The notes beneath the pieces were generated by a model. The model saw nothing but the letters and a program-made list of their open reading frames with translations, did not search any database and was not told the DNA's origin. Shown here piece after piece: positions 13,488-24,928 of a stretch of 64,000 bases of DNA; position 1 is the first letter of the stretch; every line of letters begins with the position of its first letter. Where the stretch lies: positions 83,452,001 through 83,516,000 of the forward strand of contig JBNRSN020000009.1 in the NCBI GenBank assembly GCA_051313645.2. The letters are read 5' to 3'. A program made the position numbers and the translations under genes. The DNA comes from Centroscyllium fabricii (lineage: Eukaryota).

Positions 13488-14241
13488 TGTAAGATTTGGT
13501 TCACAGGTCACACACAGATTACCCAAAGGGTCTTAGGAGTCATAGGTCATTTTATTAAGGAGCAACAGTTCAAATATAGTTAAATCAGGATAGACACAGT
13601 AGACATATAACCCGCAACAGCGGAGAACGGTATACCGGCCCCGGAACAGACTGACAGGCGGGCCGTCGAACTGGGGTTGAGGTAGAACGGTGGTCTCGGA
13701 TCCCTGCATCCTGTGGCAGTGGTCTCTTCCGCAGTGGTCTCTTCCTCGTTGGTCGTCCCACGAGGCTGGCGGAGGTGTTAGGCCGAAGCCAGCATGAGAT
13801 CCACCTGAGAGGAAGCTCTCCCACTCTCTGCCTGGTTTTCCCTTTCGGCTGCCCGTTTATATACGTCAATCATTTGTTTAATCACTTTTACCCATTCAAT
13901 TATCCAATTACAGAGAAATAGGTACCTACGGCAAACCCTGCCTGTCCCCATGAGATCATCCCTCTGCTTATCTGCTTTTTGGACATCTTGCACTTTCTCC
14001 TCGACAGCTTGTTCATCATCAGGCTCTTACTCAACCTCTTATCTCCCGACATGAAAGCCTGTTTCTGCATTATGCCCTTGGAAACGACCTCAGCTCTTTG
14101 TGCAACTCCTTATCTGACATGATTGGTTTCTTCTGTGTCCTCAGTTTATCCTGGCTGCTGAGCTCAGCAAACCCATTTCTTTTATAAAAACCATTATTCC
14201 TTTTACAATACATAATTTCTTCCAATTCACAGTTTCTTACA
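13488..14241 (-). mobile_element. Solo LTR (ERV-like, 754 bp)
   Basis: TGTAAGA...TCTTACA 7-bp terminal inverted repeat, near-TSD TGGA/GGGA, minus-strand TATA and AATAAA; L2 resumes after it. Confidence 0.75.
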
Positions 14242-14851
14242 GGGACTTGTGCGAGTTAGGATACGGGCATCAGAGTTTTGGTTGAGTTCAAGTTTATGTA
14301 GGGTGGAAGCTGGAAGGCCAGCCAGGAGAGTTTTGGAATAGTCAAGTCTAAAGGTAAAAAAAGGCATGGATGAGGGTTTTAGCAGGAAATGAGCTGAGGC
14401 AGTAGTGGAGTCAGGTGATGTTACAGAGGTGGAAATATGCAGTCTTGGTAATGGAGCAGATATGTAGTCAGCAGCTCATCTTGGAGTCAAATACACCAAG
14501 TCTGCAAAACCGTCTGGTTCGGCCTCAGGCAGTTGCCAGGGAGAGGGATGGAGTTGGTGGCTAAGAAATGCAGTTTGTGGTGGAGACTGAAGACAATGGC
14601 TTTGGTCTTCCCACTTTTAGTTGGAGGAAATTCTTGCTCATTCAGTACTGGGTATTGGACAAGCAGTGTGACCTATCAGAGGCAGTGGTAGGGTCGAGAG
14701 AGGTGTTGGTGAGGTGGAACTGGGTGTCAGCAACGTACATGTGGAACCTGCTGTTGTGTTTTCAGATGATGTTGCTGAGGGGCAGCATGTAGATAAGAAT
14801 TAAGAAGGGACCAAGGATAGGTCCTTGGCGATTATTTCCAACTCTACAGTA

Positions 14852-15179
14852 CAGGTTGAGCACCAGTAATCCGGCACCAGGCTGGTGCCAGACCATTGAA
14901 AATTCCAAACCACTGAAGGTTCGGGGGGATGGCGCTGGTAGAACGCTCCCCGGGGCCCGAAGCGTGCCGGTATAACTCTCCCCAGGAGGGAGCCCGAGGA
15001 TAGAAGACTAAAAAGCAGAAACCCAAACGCCCGACACCTTCGCCGCTCGCCCACCCTTCGCAGGAAACAGTGGCGCCGCCGAGCGGCTGTTCCTCAAACT
15101 GAAAACTGCCAGTTTCGATTTGTGCCAGACCACTGAAGGTGCCGAACCATCGGGTGCCGGATTACCGGTGCTCAACCTG
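14852..15179. mobile_element. Tc1/mariner-superfamily (pogo/Tigger-like) MITE
   Basis: TIR CAGGTTGAGCACC(A/G)GTAATCCGGCACC at both ends, TA target duplication. Confidence 0.85.
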
Positions 15180-15186
15180 TAGTATC

Positions 15187-16068
15187 AGTCCGGAATTTGC
15201 GATGAGAATAAAGGTGAGTCTATCAGTGCTCACCGTTATAATGGAGGAAATCTGACAGCAGCTTCTGGAGTACGCATATGCGCAGTTAAACACGGAAATC
15301 CAGACGTTGCTGCCAGATACCCTGGTCCTCCAAAGGTTGTGCTGTTGCATTCCTTGCTGATAAACTCAGTATTGAAATGACTACAATGGTGTGAACTTGC
15401 TGTACTTGCCCACTAGTTTCACACTAAAACTGGCTGAAAAAGTTAGGGCTGGCGCATTCAGGAGCAAGTGAGTTTTTAATGGCACAATAAGTGATGATTA
15501 CTGCTGAATAACCTCTCTGGCCCTGAAAATTTAATTTTGTAAGTGTGGAGCAATGTTCCCTCTAAGCTGCATGGTCACACAGCTCTCTGCTGATCCCGCA
15601 CAACCCCGAGACCGGTTTTTCCAATCTTAAATCTTGTGCATGTGCGAAACTGTGAATGTGCCACACAGGCTGTTAAAGGGGTAGCACACCAGAAAAAAAA
15701 TTAGGGGAACATTAGAAAATTAGTGAGAGAGATTTAAAAAAAAGTTAAAACAAAACTTATTTTTAGTTTTTCTGTCTGTCTCTTTTATCTCTTTCCCTTA
15801 ATCCCATCTGTATTTCCCAATCAAATTTATGCTTCCTGGTTTGGATTCTATGAGTCTCTGAGGATTCCCAATCTGATTGGTTGAAGAGCCTCGCTGTTGC
15901 TTGTCCTGTCCACAGATGCCACAGATCCCCTGTAGAGGGTGCTGCACTGGATCAGACGTCGGATAAGAGTAAATCTCCACTGACAAGTCTGCAAAAGGTC
16001 TGTGGGCAGCTGCCAGCAAAGTGAATGGTGAGCACTTTTCCTTTGCAGCGGAGAACAAAATCCAGGCC
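15187..16068. mobile_element. Putative MITE-like element
   Basis: Imperfect ends GTCCGGAATTTG / CAAAATCCAGGCC; the region is bracketed by a 19-bp direct repeat. Confidence 0.4.
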
Positions 16069-16230
16069 AATATTTCCAACTCTACAGTAATAATTCCAAC
16101 TCTATCATCACCACTTTTAAATTTCACTTCCTGCACTGAAATACTTGTGTGACATTGTTCATTCATACAATCATCCACTTATTCTCATTAACAGATAAAA
16201 TATGTATATTCACTAGCATATCAGGAATGT

Positions 16231-16455
16231 GCAAGAAGTCACACAACACCAGATTATAGTCCAACGGTTTTATTTTAAATCACAAGCTTTCGGAGCTTTT
16301 GCCCCTTCGTCAGGTGAGTCAGATTCTCATTCACCTGACGAAGGGGCAAAAGCTCCGAAAGCTTGTGATTTAAAATAAAACCGTTGGACTATAATCTGGT
16401 GTTGTGTGACTTCTTGCATTTGTCCACCCCAGTCCAACACCGGCACCTCTACATT
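16231..16455 (+). mobile_element. Non-autonomous Penelope-like element: inverted pseudo-LTR pair plus tail
   Basis: Perfect 88-bp inverted repeat (16230-16317 / 16331-16418), 13-bp TSD ATATCAGGAATGT (16218-16230, 16456-16468), hammerhead core in the arms. Confidence 0.8.
16331..16368 (+). ncRNA. Minimal type I hammerhead ribozyme motif (mirror copy on the minus strand at 16280-16317)
   Basis: Stem I UCAC/GUGA, core CUGACGA plus one extra A, stem II GGGGC-AAAA-GCUCC, then GAAA, with palindromic AAGCUU in place of stem III. Confidence 0.65.
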
Positions 16456-17103
16456 ATATCAGGAATGTATCATATCAGAAAGACAAAAGCTGGCATTACA
16501 GTAATAAGGGTGGTAAATGGCTGCAACCTCCTTTTGCTGCATTGCATTTGAAACAGGAATTAATTTAAAATGCTCCTTCCTATCAGCTTCACAAAAAAAA
16601 TAAAAATGTAAAGCATAAAGTCAGTGGCAATGCAAAATAACAGAGGAAGCACATGCTCACTGTTCACAGGCTCGTTCCATATCGCGTGCAACCTATTTCT
16701 ATAGCGTCTTCCTTGATCTCAGGAAGCCCAGTGAAGTACTTTTGTAATGTAGGAACGCGGCAGCCAATTTGCGCACAGCAAGGTTCCACAACAGCAATGC
16801 GATAATGACCAGATTGTAGCGCCAGCAAGGCCTAGAAACCACGCGTGAGCCAGAGAGCTAGAGAAAACACTTGTTGAATGCATTAGAGTTAAACAGGAAA
16901 GAGAGTGAACCACTCGAAGCAAGCTTATTTAAACTGACCGCCGTTGGTGACGTCATCACGCCGGAAGTCGTGGTGACGTCATTGCGTCACCCGGATGAGC
17001 GGGGCCATGCCCCGCAGTGTTCCCGTGGCGGATTCGGTGTCCCAGTGGGCGTGCCGCCACACAGCTCCCCCCCAGAATCCGTCCGGGAGAAATAGAAAAG
17101 AGT

Positions 17104-20100
17104 CTATGTGAGCCGTTGGGGTGGCCGGACGATGCGGCCGGCCCATGTTGTGCGTTGCTCCTGGTTCTGCGGTGGAGTGTGGGCGGGTGTTGTTGCGGGA
17201 GGGCGTCCGCGTTGCGGTGGTTGTGCGGGGACTGTCGTCTCGCCCGCTATAACGTGTGCCGGCTTGAGCCAGTCTATTGATAAAGTTTCTGTCCTGTTGC
17301 CCATTTGAAGCTGGAAAGCTTTAGCTCCCGCCCGAAGCACTCTATAAAGGCCATCGTATGGTGGCTGTAGTGGTGATCGGTGTCCGTCGCGCCGGACGAA
17401 GACAAATTTAGCATTTTTAATGCCGTCCGGTACTCGTGCTGCCGGCTCTCTGTGCCGGGCCACTGGTAGTGGTTTGAAAGCTCGTGCCGGGTTGGCAAAG
17501 TCCTTTAAATACTGGTCGGCTGACCAGGGAGCATTTGGTTCGGCTAAAAACTCGCCCGGCACTGTTAGGGCTTGGCCGTATACGAGTTCTGCTGCCGAGG
17601 CGTTTAGGTCCTCTTTGACTGCCGAGTGCAGCCCGAGGAGGACCCATGGGAGACGGTCGGTGCAAGACGCATCCTTGAGGGTGGCTCGCAGTGATGCTTT
17701 CATAGATCGGTGGAACCGTTTGCAGAGCCCGTTAGCTTGTGGGTGGTATGCAGTGGTTCGATGCAAGGTTACCCTGAGGTCGCGGGCGATGGCCGCCCAT
17801 AGTGCTGACGTGAACTGGGGTCCTCTGTCGGAGGTGATGTCGGTGGGCACGCCGAAGCGGGCGACCCAGGTGGCGATGAACGCCCTGGCCAAGTCCGTGG
17901 TGCCAGTGGCAGCGAGGGGGACTGCTTCTGGCCAGCGAGTGTTGCGGTCGACCATGGTCATTACGTGCGTGTGGCCCCGGGATGGCGGTAGTGGCCCGAC
18001 GAGATCAATATGGACGTGGTCAAAGCGTCTGGCCGGCACTGTAAATGTTTCCAGCGGTGCCCTGATGTGCTTATGCACATTGGAGCGCTGGCAGGCAGTG
18101 CAGGAGTTGACCCAGGCGCTGACATCTTTGCGCAGGCCACGCCATACGAACCGGGCCGAGATTAATTTAATAGATGCGCGGGTGCCGGGGTGGGACAGGT
18201 CATGGAGGGTCTTAAAAATGTGCCGCCTCCAAGCGTGGGGGACGACAGGCCTGGGCTGCGGCAGGGACACGTCGCAGCAGACGACGGTGGCAGCGGGGCC
18301 GTGCGCGATTTTGGCCAGGTGGAGGCCGGGGAGGTTTGCTGCTGGGTTGAGCAGGTCGGGGTCAGCCAGCTGGTCTGCGGCCAGCTGGGCGTAATCGACC
18401 ACCATTTGGGCGGCGTTAATGGTGGGGCATGAGAGGCAGTCAGCGACCACGTTGTCGCGGCCGGAAATGTGCTGAATGTCGGTCGTGAACTCCGACACGG
18501 CCGCGAGCTGGCGCTGCTGCCTGGCCGACCAGGGTTCGGCGACCTTAGCCATCGCAAACGTGAGTGGTTTATGGTCGACGAAGGCTGTGAAGTGGCGGCC
18601 CTCCAGGAGGAAGCGAAAATGTCGCACTGCCAGATGGAGAGCGAGTAGCTCCCTATTGAAGGCGCTGTACTTGACCTCTGGGGGCCGGAGCTGCCGGCTG
18701 AAAAAGGCCAGGGGCTGCCACGAGTTGTCGGTCCACTGCTCAAATACGGCCCCGACCGCGTGGTCGGAGGCATCAGTGGTGAGGGCTACTCTGGCGTTGG
18801 GCCTAGGGTGGGCTAGGAGGGTGGCGTTAGCCAGGGCAGTTTTGGTTGCGGTGAAGGCAGTGTCGGCGTCGGCCGTCCACTCTACCACAGTTTTGCCGGA
18901 CTGCCCGCGTGTGGCCTGGTATAAGGGGGCCATGAGAGCGGATGCTCCCGGGATAAAGCGGTTATAAAAATTGACCATCCCCAGAAATTCCTGCAGCCCC
19001 TTAATGGCGTGCGGGCGGGGAAATTCCTGGACCGCCTGCACCTTGGAGGGCAGAGGTATGGCCCCGGTTTGGGAAATGCGGTGGCCGAGGAAGTCAATGG
19101 TTTGGAGGCCGAATTTACACTTAGTGGGGCTTAATATTAGGTCGTGTTCGACCAGGCGCTGGAACAGGGTCCTGAGGTGCAGGAGGTGTTCCTGGGGGGA
19201 GGTGCTGGCCACGAGGATGTCGTCTAAGTAGACGAAAATGAACGTCAAGTCCCGTAGGACCGAGTCCATGAGGCGCTGGAAGGCCTGGGCCGCGTTTTTA
19301 AGGCCGAAGGGCATCCTGAGAAACTCGAAGAGTCCAAAGGGAGTGATAACGGCCGTTTTAGGAATGTCCACCGGGTGCACCGGAACCTGGTGGTAGCCAC
19401 GCACCAGGTCGATCTTGGAGAAGATCGTACAGCCCGCTAGTCTGGCGGAAAAATCCTGGATGTGGGGTACGGGGTACCTATCCGGGGTAGTGGCGTTGTT
19501 TAGGCGGCGGTAGTCGCCGCAGGGGCGCCAACCCCCGCCCGGCTTGGGGGCTATATGGAGAGGAGAGGCCCAGGGGCTGTTGGAGCGGCGGATAATACCG
19601 GGTTGCTCCATGGTGCGGAACTCGGTGCGCGCAATCTCCTGTTTGGCCGGGTCGAGCCTGCGGGCGTGGGCATGGACGGGAGGGCCTGTGGTAGTTATAA
19701 AATGTTCTACCCCGTGTTTGGCCCGGCGGGCGGCGAACGTGGGGTTGGTTAGGGCGGGGAACTCTGCTAAGAGTGTGCCGTAGGCATCGGAGTTCCGAGC
19801 GCGGCATTGGGCGGCCGCGTGGGCCAGGAGTGCGGGCCCTGTGGAGCATGGGATGGTCGACATGTTTTTAATGTTGACCAAGCGGCGCCGGGTCATATCG
19901 ACCAGCAGGCCGTGGGCGCAGAGGAAATCTGCCCCGAGGAGGGGTGAAGTGACCTGGGCTGTGACAAAGTCCCAGGTATACGTGTGGCCTGCAAGTGTAA
20001 TCGTGAGCTTGCGGGTGCCGTACGTTTTGATATTGGAGCCGTTGGCCGCTGCGAGTGGCGGGCCCCGGGTGCCTTGTTTGGCTTCTGCTGGGGAGGCTGG

Positions 20101-20934
20101 CACGATGCTGTGCTGTGCGCCTGTGTCACAGAGGAACCAGAGGCCTGTGCCGCTGTCTGTAACAAAGAGCAGTGCTCCTGTGTGTCCTACAGACATGGTG
20201 GGGGCTGGGGTGGGCCGTGGCTTAAATGCGCATGGCTGGACGCAGCGGTGTGCTTTACTATCGAACCGCGTGTGGTAGTAGCACCAGTCGGTGCTAGAGG
20301 GACGCGGTTGCCTGGGTGGGCGCGGGTCCCTAGGTTCAGGCATGAAGTTAGGCCTGGGGGGCGAGTGGTTGCGCTCTATGGATGCGGAGTTAGGGTCGCA
20401 CGTGGTTGAGCGGGTGCGCTCTGCCTCCATGAGCCTGTCGGCCTCCTCAGCGAGCTCGTCGTCGCTCCGCTGGCCAAGGGCCGCCAAGGACGGCCTGATG
20501 GAGCGGGGTAGTTTGAGGAGGAAAACGGTGCGGAACAGGGAGGCGGGATTGGCGGTGAGCGCTTGCATCTGACCCAAAAGGTCCGATGGGTCTGCGTCCC
20601 CGAGTTCGGGGAGGTCAACGAGCTGGCAGTCGCGCTCAAATTGAGAGGGGGTAAAAAAAATTATGAGCGCGGCCTTAAGGGATTCGTACCTGCCTGTAGT
20701 GGGCACACGCTGTATTTTTGACCACATCCGATCGATCGTCGATTGCGGTAGGGCTGAGAAAACCAGGTCGTAGCGGTCGTCCCCCTGGATGCCATGTGTG
20801 CGGCAGCTGGTTTCAATGCACATGAACCAGGCCGCTGGCCGTTGCTCCCAGAACTCTGGCAGGGTAAGTCTGCGCCCGAAGTTCTGGCCAAGTCCTTGTG
20901 TTCGTGGAGATTGGTTCCTTGCTCTTGCAGTCAT
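17104..20934 (-). CDS. Intact Gag-Pol polyprotein (Gag, PR, RT, RNase H, IN), 1276 aa
   Basis: [18 protein letters not shown] (CHCC); FLCDTGA protease; FSKIDL...MPFGL...[10 protein letters not shown]; TTDAS RNase H; HHCC and D,D,E region (E read as K in NGLCKR). Confidence 0.95.
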   Translation of the reverse strand: MTARARNQSPRTQGLGQNFGRRLTLPEFWEQRPAAWFMCIETSCRTHGIQGDDRYDLVFSALPQSTIDRMWSKIQRVPTTGRYESLKAALIIFFTPSQFERDCQLVDLPELGDADPSDLLGQMQALTANPASLFRTVFLLKLPRSIRPSLAALGQRSDDELAEEADRLMEAERTRSTTCDPNSASIERNHSPPRPNFMPEPRDPRPPRQPRPSSTDWCYYHTRFDSKAHRCVQPCAFKPRPTPAPTMSVGHTGALLFVTDSGTGLWFLCDTGAQHSIVPASPAEAKQGTRGPPLAAANGSNIKTYGTRKLTITLAGHTYTWDFVTAQVTSPLLGADFLCAHGLLVDMTRRRLVNIKNMSTIPCSTGPALLAHAAAQCRARNSDAYGTLLAEFPALTNPTFAARRAKHGVEHFITTTGPPVHAHARRLDPAKQEIARTEFRTMEQPGIIRRSNSPWASPLHIAPKPGGGWRPCGDYRRLNNATTPDRYPVPHIQDFSARLAGCTIFSKIDLVRGYHQVPVHPVDIPKTAVITPFGLFEFLRMPFGLKNAAQAFQRLMDSVLRDLTFIFVYLDDILVASTSPQEHLLHLRTLFQRLVEHDLILSPTKCKFGLQTIDFLGHRISQTGAIPLPSKVQAVQEFPRPHAIKGLQEFLGMVNFYNRFIPGASALMAPLYQATRGQSGKTVVEWTADADTAFTATKTALANATLLAHPRPNARVALTTDASDHAVGAVFEQWTDNSWQPLAFFSRQLRPPEVKYSAFNRELLALHLAVRHFRFLLEGRHFTAFVDHKPLTFAMAKVAEPWSARQQRQLAAVSEFTTDIQHISGRDNVVADCLSCPTINAAQMVVDYAQLAADQLADPDLLNPAANLPGLHLAKIAHGPAATVVCCDVSLPQPRPVVPHAWRRHIFKTLHDLSHPGTRASIKLISARFVWRGLRKDVSAWVNSCTACQRSNVHKHIRAPLETFTVPARRFDHVHIDLVGPLPPSRGHTHVMTMVDRNTRWPEAVPLAATGTTDLARAFIATWVARFGVPTDITSDRGPQFTSALWAAIARDLRVTLHRTTAYHPQANGLCKRFHRSMKASLRATLKDASCTDRLPWVLLGLHSAVKEDLNASAAELVYGQALTVPGEFLAEPNAPWSADQYLKDFANPARAFKPLPVARHREPAARVPDGIKNAKFVFVRRDGHRSPLQPPYDGLYRVLRAGAKAFQLQMGNRTETLSIDWLKPAHVIAGETTVPAQPPQRGRPPATTPAHTPPQNQEQRTTWAGRIVRPPQRLT

Positions 20935-21012
20935 GTTTTCTCTTTTAAAGTGTCCTTTGGCTGGTGATCCTTGATCCTGCGGCAGCTTTTTTTCCTTGGA
21001 AGTCGTTCCAAT

Positions 21013-21024
21013 TCGGGGTCACCA
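21013..21024 (-). promoter_or_regulatory. Primer-binding site, tRNA-Trp
   Basis: TGGTGACCCCGA, 1 nt after the 5' LTR, complementary to the tRNA-Trp 3' end. Confidence 0.85.
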
Positions 21025-22359
21025 CTGTAGCGCCAGCAAGGCCTAGAAACCACGCGTGAGCCAGAGAGCTGGAGAAAACACTTGTTTAATGCATTAGAGT
21101 TAAACAGGAAAGAGAGTGAACCACTCGAAGCAAGCTTATTTAAACTGCCCGCCGTTGGTGACGTCATCACGCCGGAAGTCGTGGTGACGACATTGCGTCA
21201 CCCGGATGAGCGGGGCCATGCCCCGCGGTTTTCCCGTGGCAGATTCGGTGTCCCAGTGGGCGTGCCGCCACAAGATAATCTTTTTCGTGCTGTTGGGGGA
21301 GGGGTAAATATTGGCCAAGGCACCAGGAGAACTCCCATGCTCTTCTTTGAGTAGTACCATGGGATCTTTTATATCTACCCGAGAGGTTTAATGTCTCCAT
21401 CAAAAGACAACATCTCCGACAGTGCAGCACTCCCTCAGTAGTGCACTGGAGTGTCAGACAAGCACATGTTCTTATAGGATAGGATTTAGAATTTTCAGAA
21501 GGCCGACTCCCTCCCCAACTAAGATAGAATTGGCAGTGTTTTTCAGGAATGGCCAGTCATGTTAGTTCAATGTTTAATACTATATTTAGTGCAATTTAAT
21601 TGATTTGAAGAACATTAACACATTTTAGCTAGCCACCTAAGTTATCTCTATATTTCTTTTAACAAATTCAGATAATAACAAAATAGCTTCAGTTGTGAGG
21701 AATAATTGAGACCTTGGTTTATCATAAAACCTGCTGGTAATGGCTTCCTTAATAAAATACGTGTCTATATTATGGTTTTGTTTCTATAAGTGTATGATGT
21801 ATATTCATAATCCCCTCAGCAAAATTTTTGCATTATATTAATATTTTTAGGCTGCACTGTAAATCAAAGTTCTATAGTTGCATTCAAGTTAGCACTGTAT
21901 TTTTATAGTGTAAAGTATAGTGTCCTATCAAGTCTATGCTCCCAAAGTTAATTTACAAGGGATTGATTTTAACATGCTGTAACGGGGTGGTAACAACCTC
22001 AAAATGGAATCAGTAGACTTAGTGCCAGTTAACCCTAAAGCTAGCTCATGTCGCTATCACTTTCACAGGGGCCTACCTGTATCAGGCGGTAGACCCCTTT
22101 TAACATAAAAGGAGGACATAGGATCCGAATACCATTTTAGGATAGTACTGGTTAGCAGCATGTGCCGTTCATGCCCTGACTAGTTTCATTGCCGATAGAG
22201 CCAAATAGGCCCTGGAAAGGTAAGTTTGAAATTATATTTGTGAGACTAGGAGGAGGAGGAGGTGTGCTCCTACAGACCTCACAAAAATACCATGGCCTAG
22301 GCACGTCCCCCTCCTCGCCAAGGATCTACCTGCAGCTGCTGCCAGCGTCCAAGCCTGCC

Positions 22360-24055
22360 TGTAAGGGGTGTGCGCCGTGTGTTTTATTCACGACTTGGGG
22401 TCCTTTATTGCCTTGCTCTAGCCGTCTGCCAGGCCTCGCGCAATAAACCTCCTCCCCCGTGAGCGGTTCGAATCGCTCACCCTTACGGTTCTCGACGCTG
22501 GACTTAGATGCAGGAAGAGAGACGAGATGTACAAAGATTGGACTCAGGTTGACTTGAATAAGGGTTTCAAAATTTGGATGATTTCATTACAGTGAATCAC
22601 AAGTTCATATACAGCAATTAACTTGTACGTCATATAACAAACACAGTATGAAATGCAAACATTCGTAGCCCAAATTATATATATATATATGAATACACGA
22701 TTAACTTATAGGATGGGGAACACACGGCACATCGTAAATTGGGGCAAACACTCTATAGATTCAACCAAATAAACCACCCTCCCCTCTATTGCCTAGCTAT
22801 GTCCAGGTGTGTAGGATCAGGGCACATGCTCACCACTCGGTCAAACTCGGGGTCAGCTACGAAGTTCTTCATCCTTTCGGCTGCAGCGTCGGTCGCCACG
22901 TGGCTGTGGAAGATTCGGGAGTCCACTTGTTTGCTTCTCCCTCTTGGCGGCGGCTGTGTCTGCTCAGGCTGGCCCTGGGCAGGTTCCTCAAGGCTTCTCT
23001 ACCTCCTCGCACCAACCACACCGTCTCCCTGGCTGAACCGGGCCCTGTGGTAAGCCGATCCTGCCCTCTCTAGCCGAACTGTGACAAGTCTTAGCTTACT
23101 GCTTTTACCCATGCATCGAACGCCAGCAACTTGTGGTGCCAGACAATCGACTACCTCTCCAGCGATGGCCCAGCCCTGATGCGATGCCACTGCCAGAACC
23201 TGCACCCTGCTCGCCCTGCACCCTGCTCGCCCTGCACCCAGAGATCCGAACGGGAGCCTCCGAAGAGAAACCCTCCCAAAAGTCACTGCTGAAAGTTCAA
23301 GAAGTCCTTCAAGTTCTGCAAGAGAACTGTACCTAGTTCCAAGAGCTTCCCAAGAGCTCCAACCGCTTCCAGAGAATCTGAGTCACAAGAGAAGAGCTAC
23401 CAGTTCCAAGAGTCAAGCCTAAAGTCATCAGAGTTTTTCCAAGAGCAGAAGAGAGAGAACTGTGCAAACTGTCTGCTAGTTATACCCCAAAAGTTGATTG
23501 CTTAATGCCTTTCCACTCATTGCAATGTATTGTCTTATTTAAAAACGGTAACTGCTTCTTTGTCCAGCTAACCTGCTGAGATGGCTTGAGAGCAGCCCTA
23601 ACCGCTCCGGTTAGTGTTTCATTATCTAAAGAGGGTGCAAATTGCTTTATTGCTTAGCTCGCGGTACAATTTCTAAGCCTGGCTATTTGGGCCAGTTAGT
23701 CCATATTTGCGATATATTGGGTGTTTATCATCTGGGTGCATTTTCTTTGTTGGGCTAAGCGGTTCTGGGGGGGGGGGCTGGTTAGTTCTTTACAATCGAA
23801 TACTGGCTTTTGGCGCCCCCATGTCTGGGTTTTCGCGCGCTTTCTGCAAGGCTTTGAAAATACATATGTGGTTTCGTTTTCGGCTCTGGCCGTTATGTCA
23901 TGTGGTCCGGCGGCCATCTTTTGAGGCCCCTTTTCTTTCATCAAGCCGCAGCTTGTTTTTCTCTGCTGCTGACTGCTTAATAAAAATGCTTAATCCATCC
24001 ATCTGTCTCTTGTCTTTATGAATTCCATTTGGATCGGGAATGTTGCGACCTTACA
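22360..24055 (-). repeat. 3' LTR of the retrovirus-like element
   Basis: TGTAAG...CTTACA; direct repeat of 31563-33260. Confidence 0.95.
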
Positions 24056-24928
24056 GTCCCTCCTGTTGATTAGCATAACCCCGCTTAGCGAATCAATTAA
24101 ATAAAAGGTTGAGCAAGATTCCCCGATTCTCCACACCTCAACTTCCCTGAAACTTAAACTAACTCTTGCCCCATGACACATGCGGTTCCCATTCCCTTCG
24201 GTCTAACTCGCGTTGCCTTCACCCTGGGCAACATATATGTACACAACCGTTCCTTACACCTCCTGGTTCCTTCCACGTTCTGCCAGGCCGATGCCTTCGT
24301 TTCCACCTGTACATATCTTTTATTGTTGTAAAAGGAAAACCACACAACCTAACCGAAAATTTAAAACACACACATATATCCCCTCATCAATCCCACCATT
24401 TGTCCCCAAAGGTCTTTCCAGCGTTCTGGCGGTCTTTCCGTAGCCACCACCATCGGCTCGCTGGGATCTTCTATCCCTCAACGAAACAAGTCCTCCTGCC
24501 GATGCTAGCGCTGGTCCTGGGTGTGACGATCTTGATCCGGGGCACAGTAACCAAGTTTCGCTGCGGCAAGCTCCGACGTGCTGGAATGCTCCATTGAGTC
24601 TGTTCCCAGCCGTCCTGGGCATCTGCTCCTTACTCCCCGGTGTGGCCCCGATAGGCCAGTTCATATTTGATGACCGCACGCGTCATCAGAATCTCCACAT
24701 CTCTGGGTCCTGTAACTAAATAAAGGGGTGCCGGCCTCCCAAGAGCGCCTGGCTGTGGTGAGCTGCGCACACATCCTGGACGGATCCAATATTAACTAAC
24801 ATTCCCCTTCACCTCTATACTAAACGTCACACCATTAAAACTTCAAAACTTAATTCGGGCTATTCCCTTAACACTACCGAAACTTATCCATACCTATAAT
24901 ACAGTGCCGCCTCCCCCGGGCGGCCTAC

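Larger units (their letters stand above)
12278..14830 (-). mobile_element. L2-like LINE 3' fragment carrying four nested insertions
   Basis: Tail CAACAACTTCTATTTATATAGTGCCTTT. Minus-strand translation includes ILIAVFKSLCGLPPPYL and GSRAFSCQGPKLWNSLP, typical of the L2 ORF2 C-terminus. Sequence resumes across each insertion. Confidence 0.75.
16815..21272 (-). mobile_element. Full-length Ty3/Gypsy LTR retrotransposon, CsRn1-like
   Basis: 247-bp LTRs at 16815-17061 and 21026-21272 (about 7 differences by eye), TSD AGAT, tRNA-Trp PBS, G-rich PPT, CHCC gag motif. Confidence 0.95.
16700..21459 (-). mobile_element. Deu-domain SINE split by the CsRn1-like Gypsy (parts about 16700-16814 and 21273-21459)
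   Basis: The two halves join at GATAATGACC-AGAT-AATC and are colinear with 10226-10610. Confidence 0.75.

Noticed and set aside
17420-20409. Long plus-strand ORFs antisense to gag-pol
   Set aside because: Shadow ORFs expected in GC-rich coding sequence; no recognisable motifs.
22739-23336. Short ORFs inside the long LTR as accessory genes
   Set aside because: Non-ATG or weak starts and no motifs; one differs by a frameshift between the two LTR copies.
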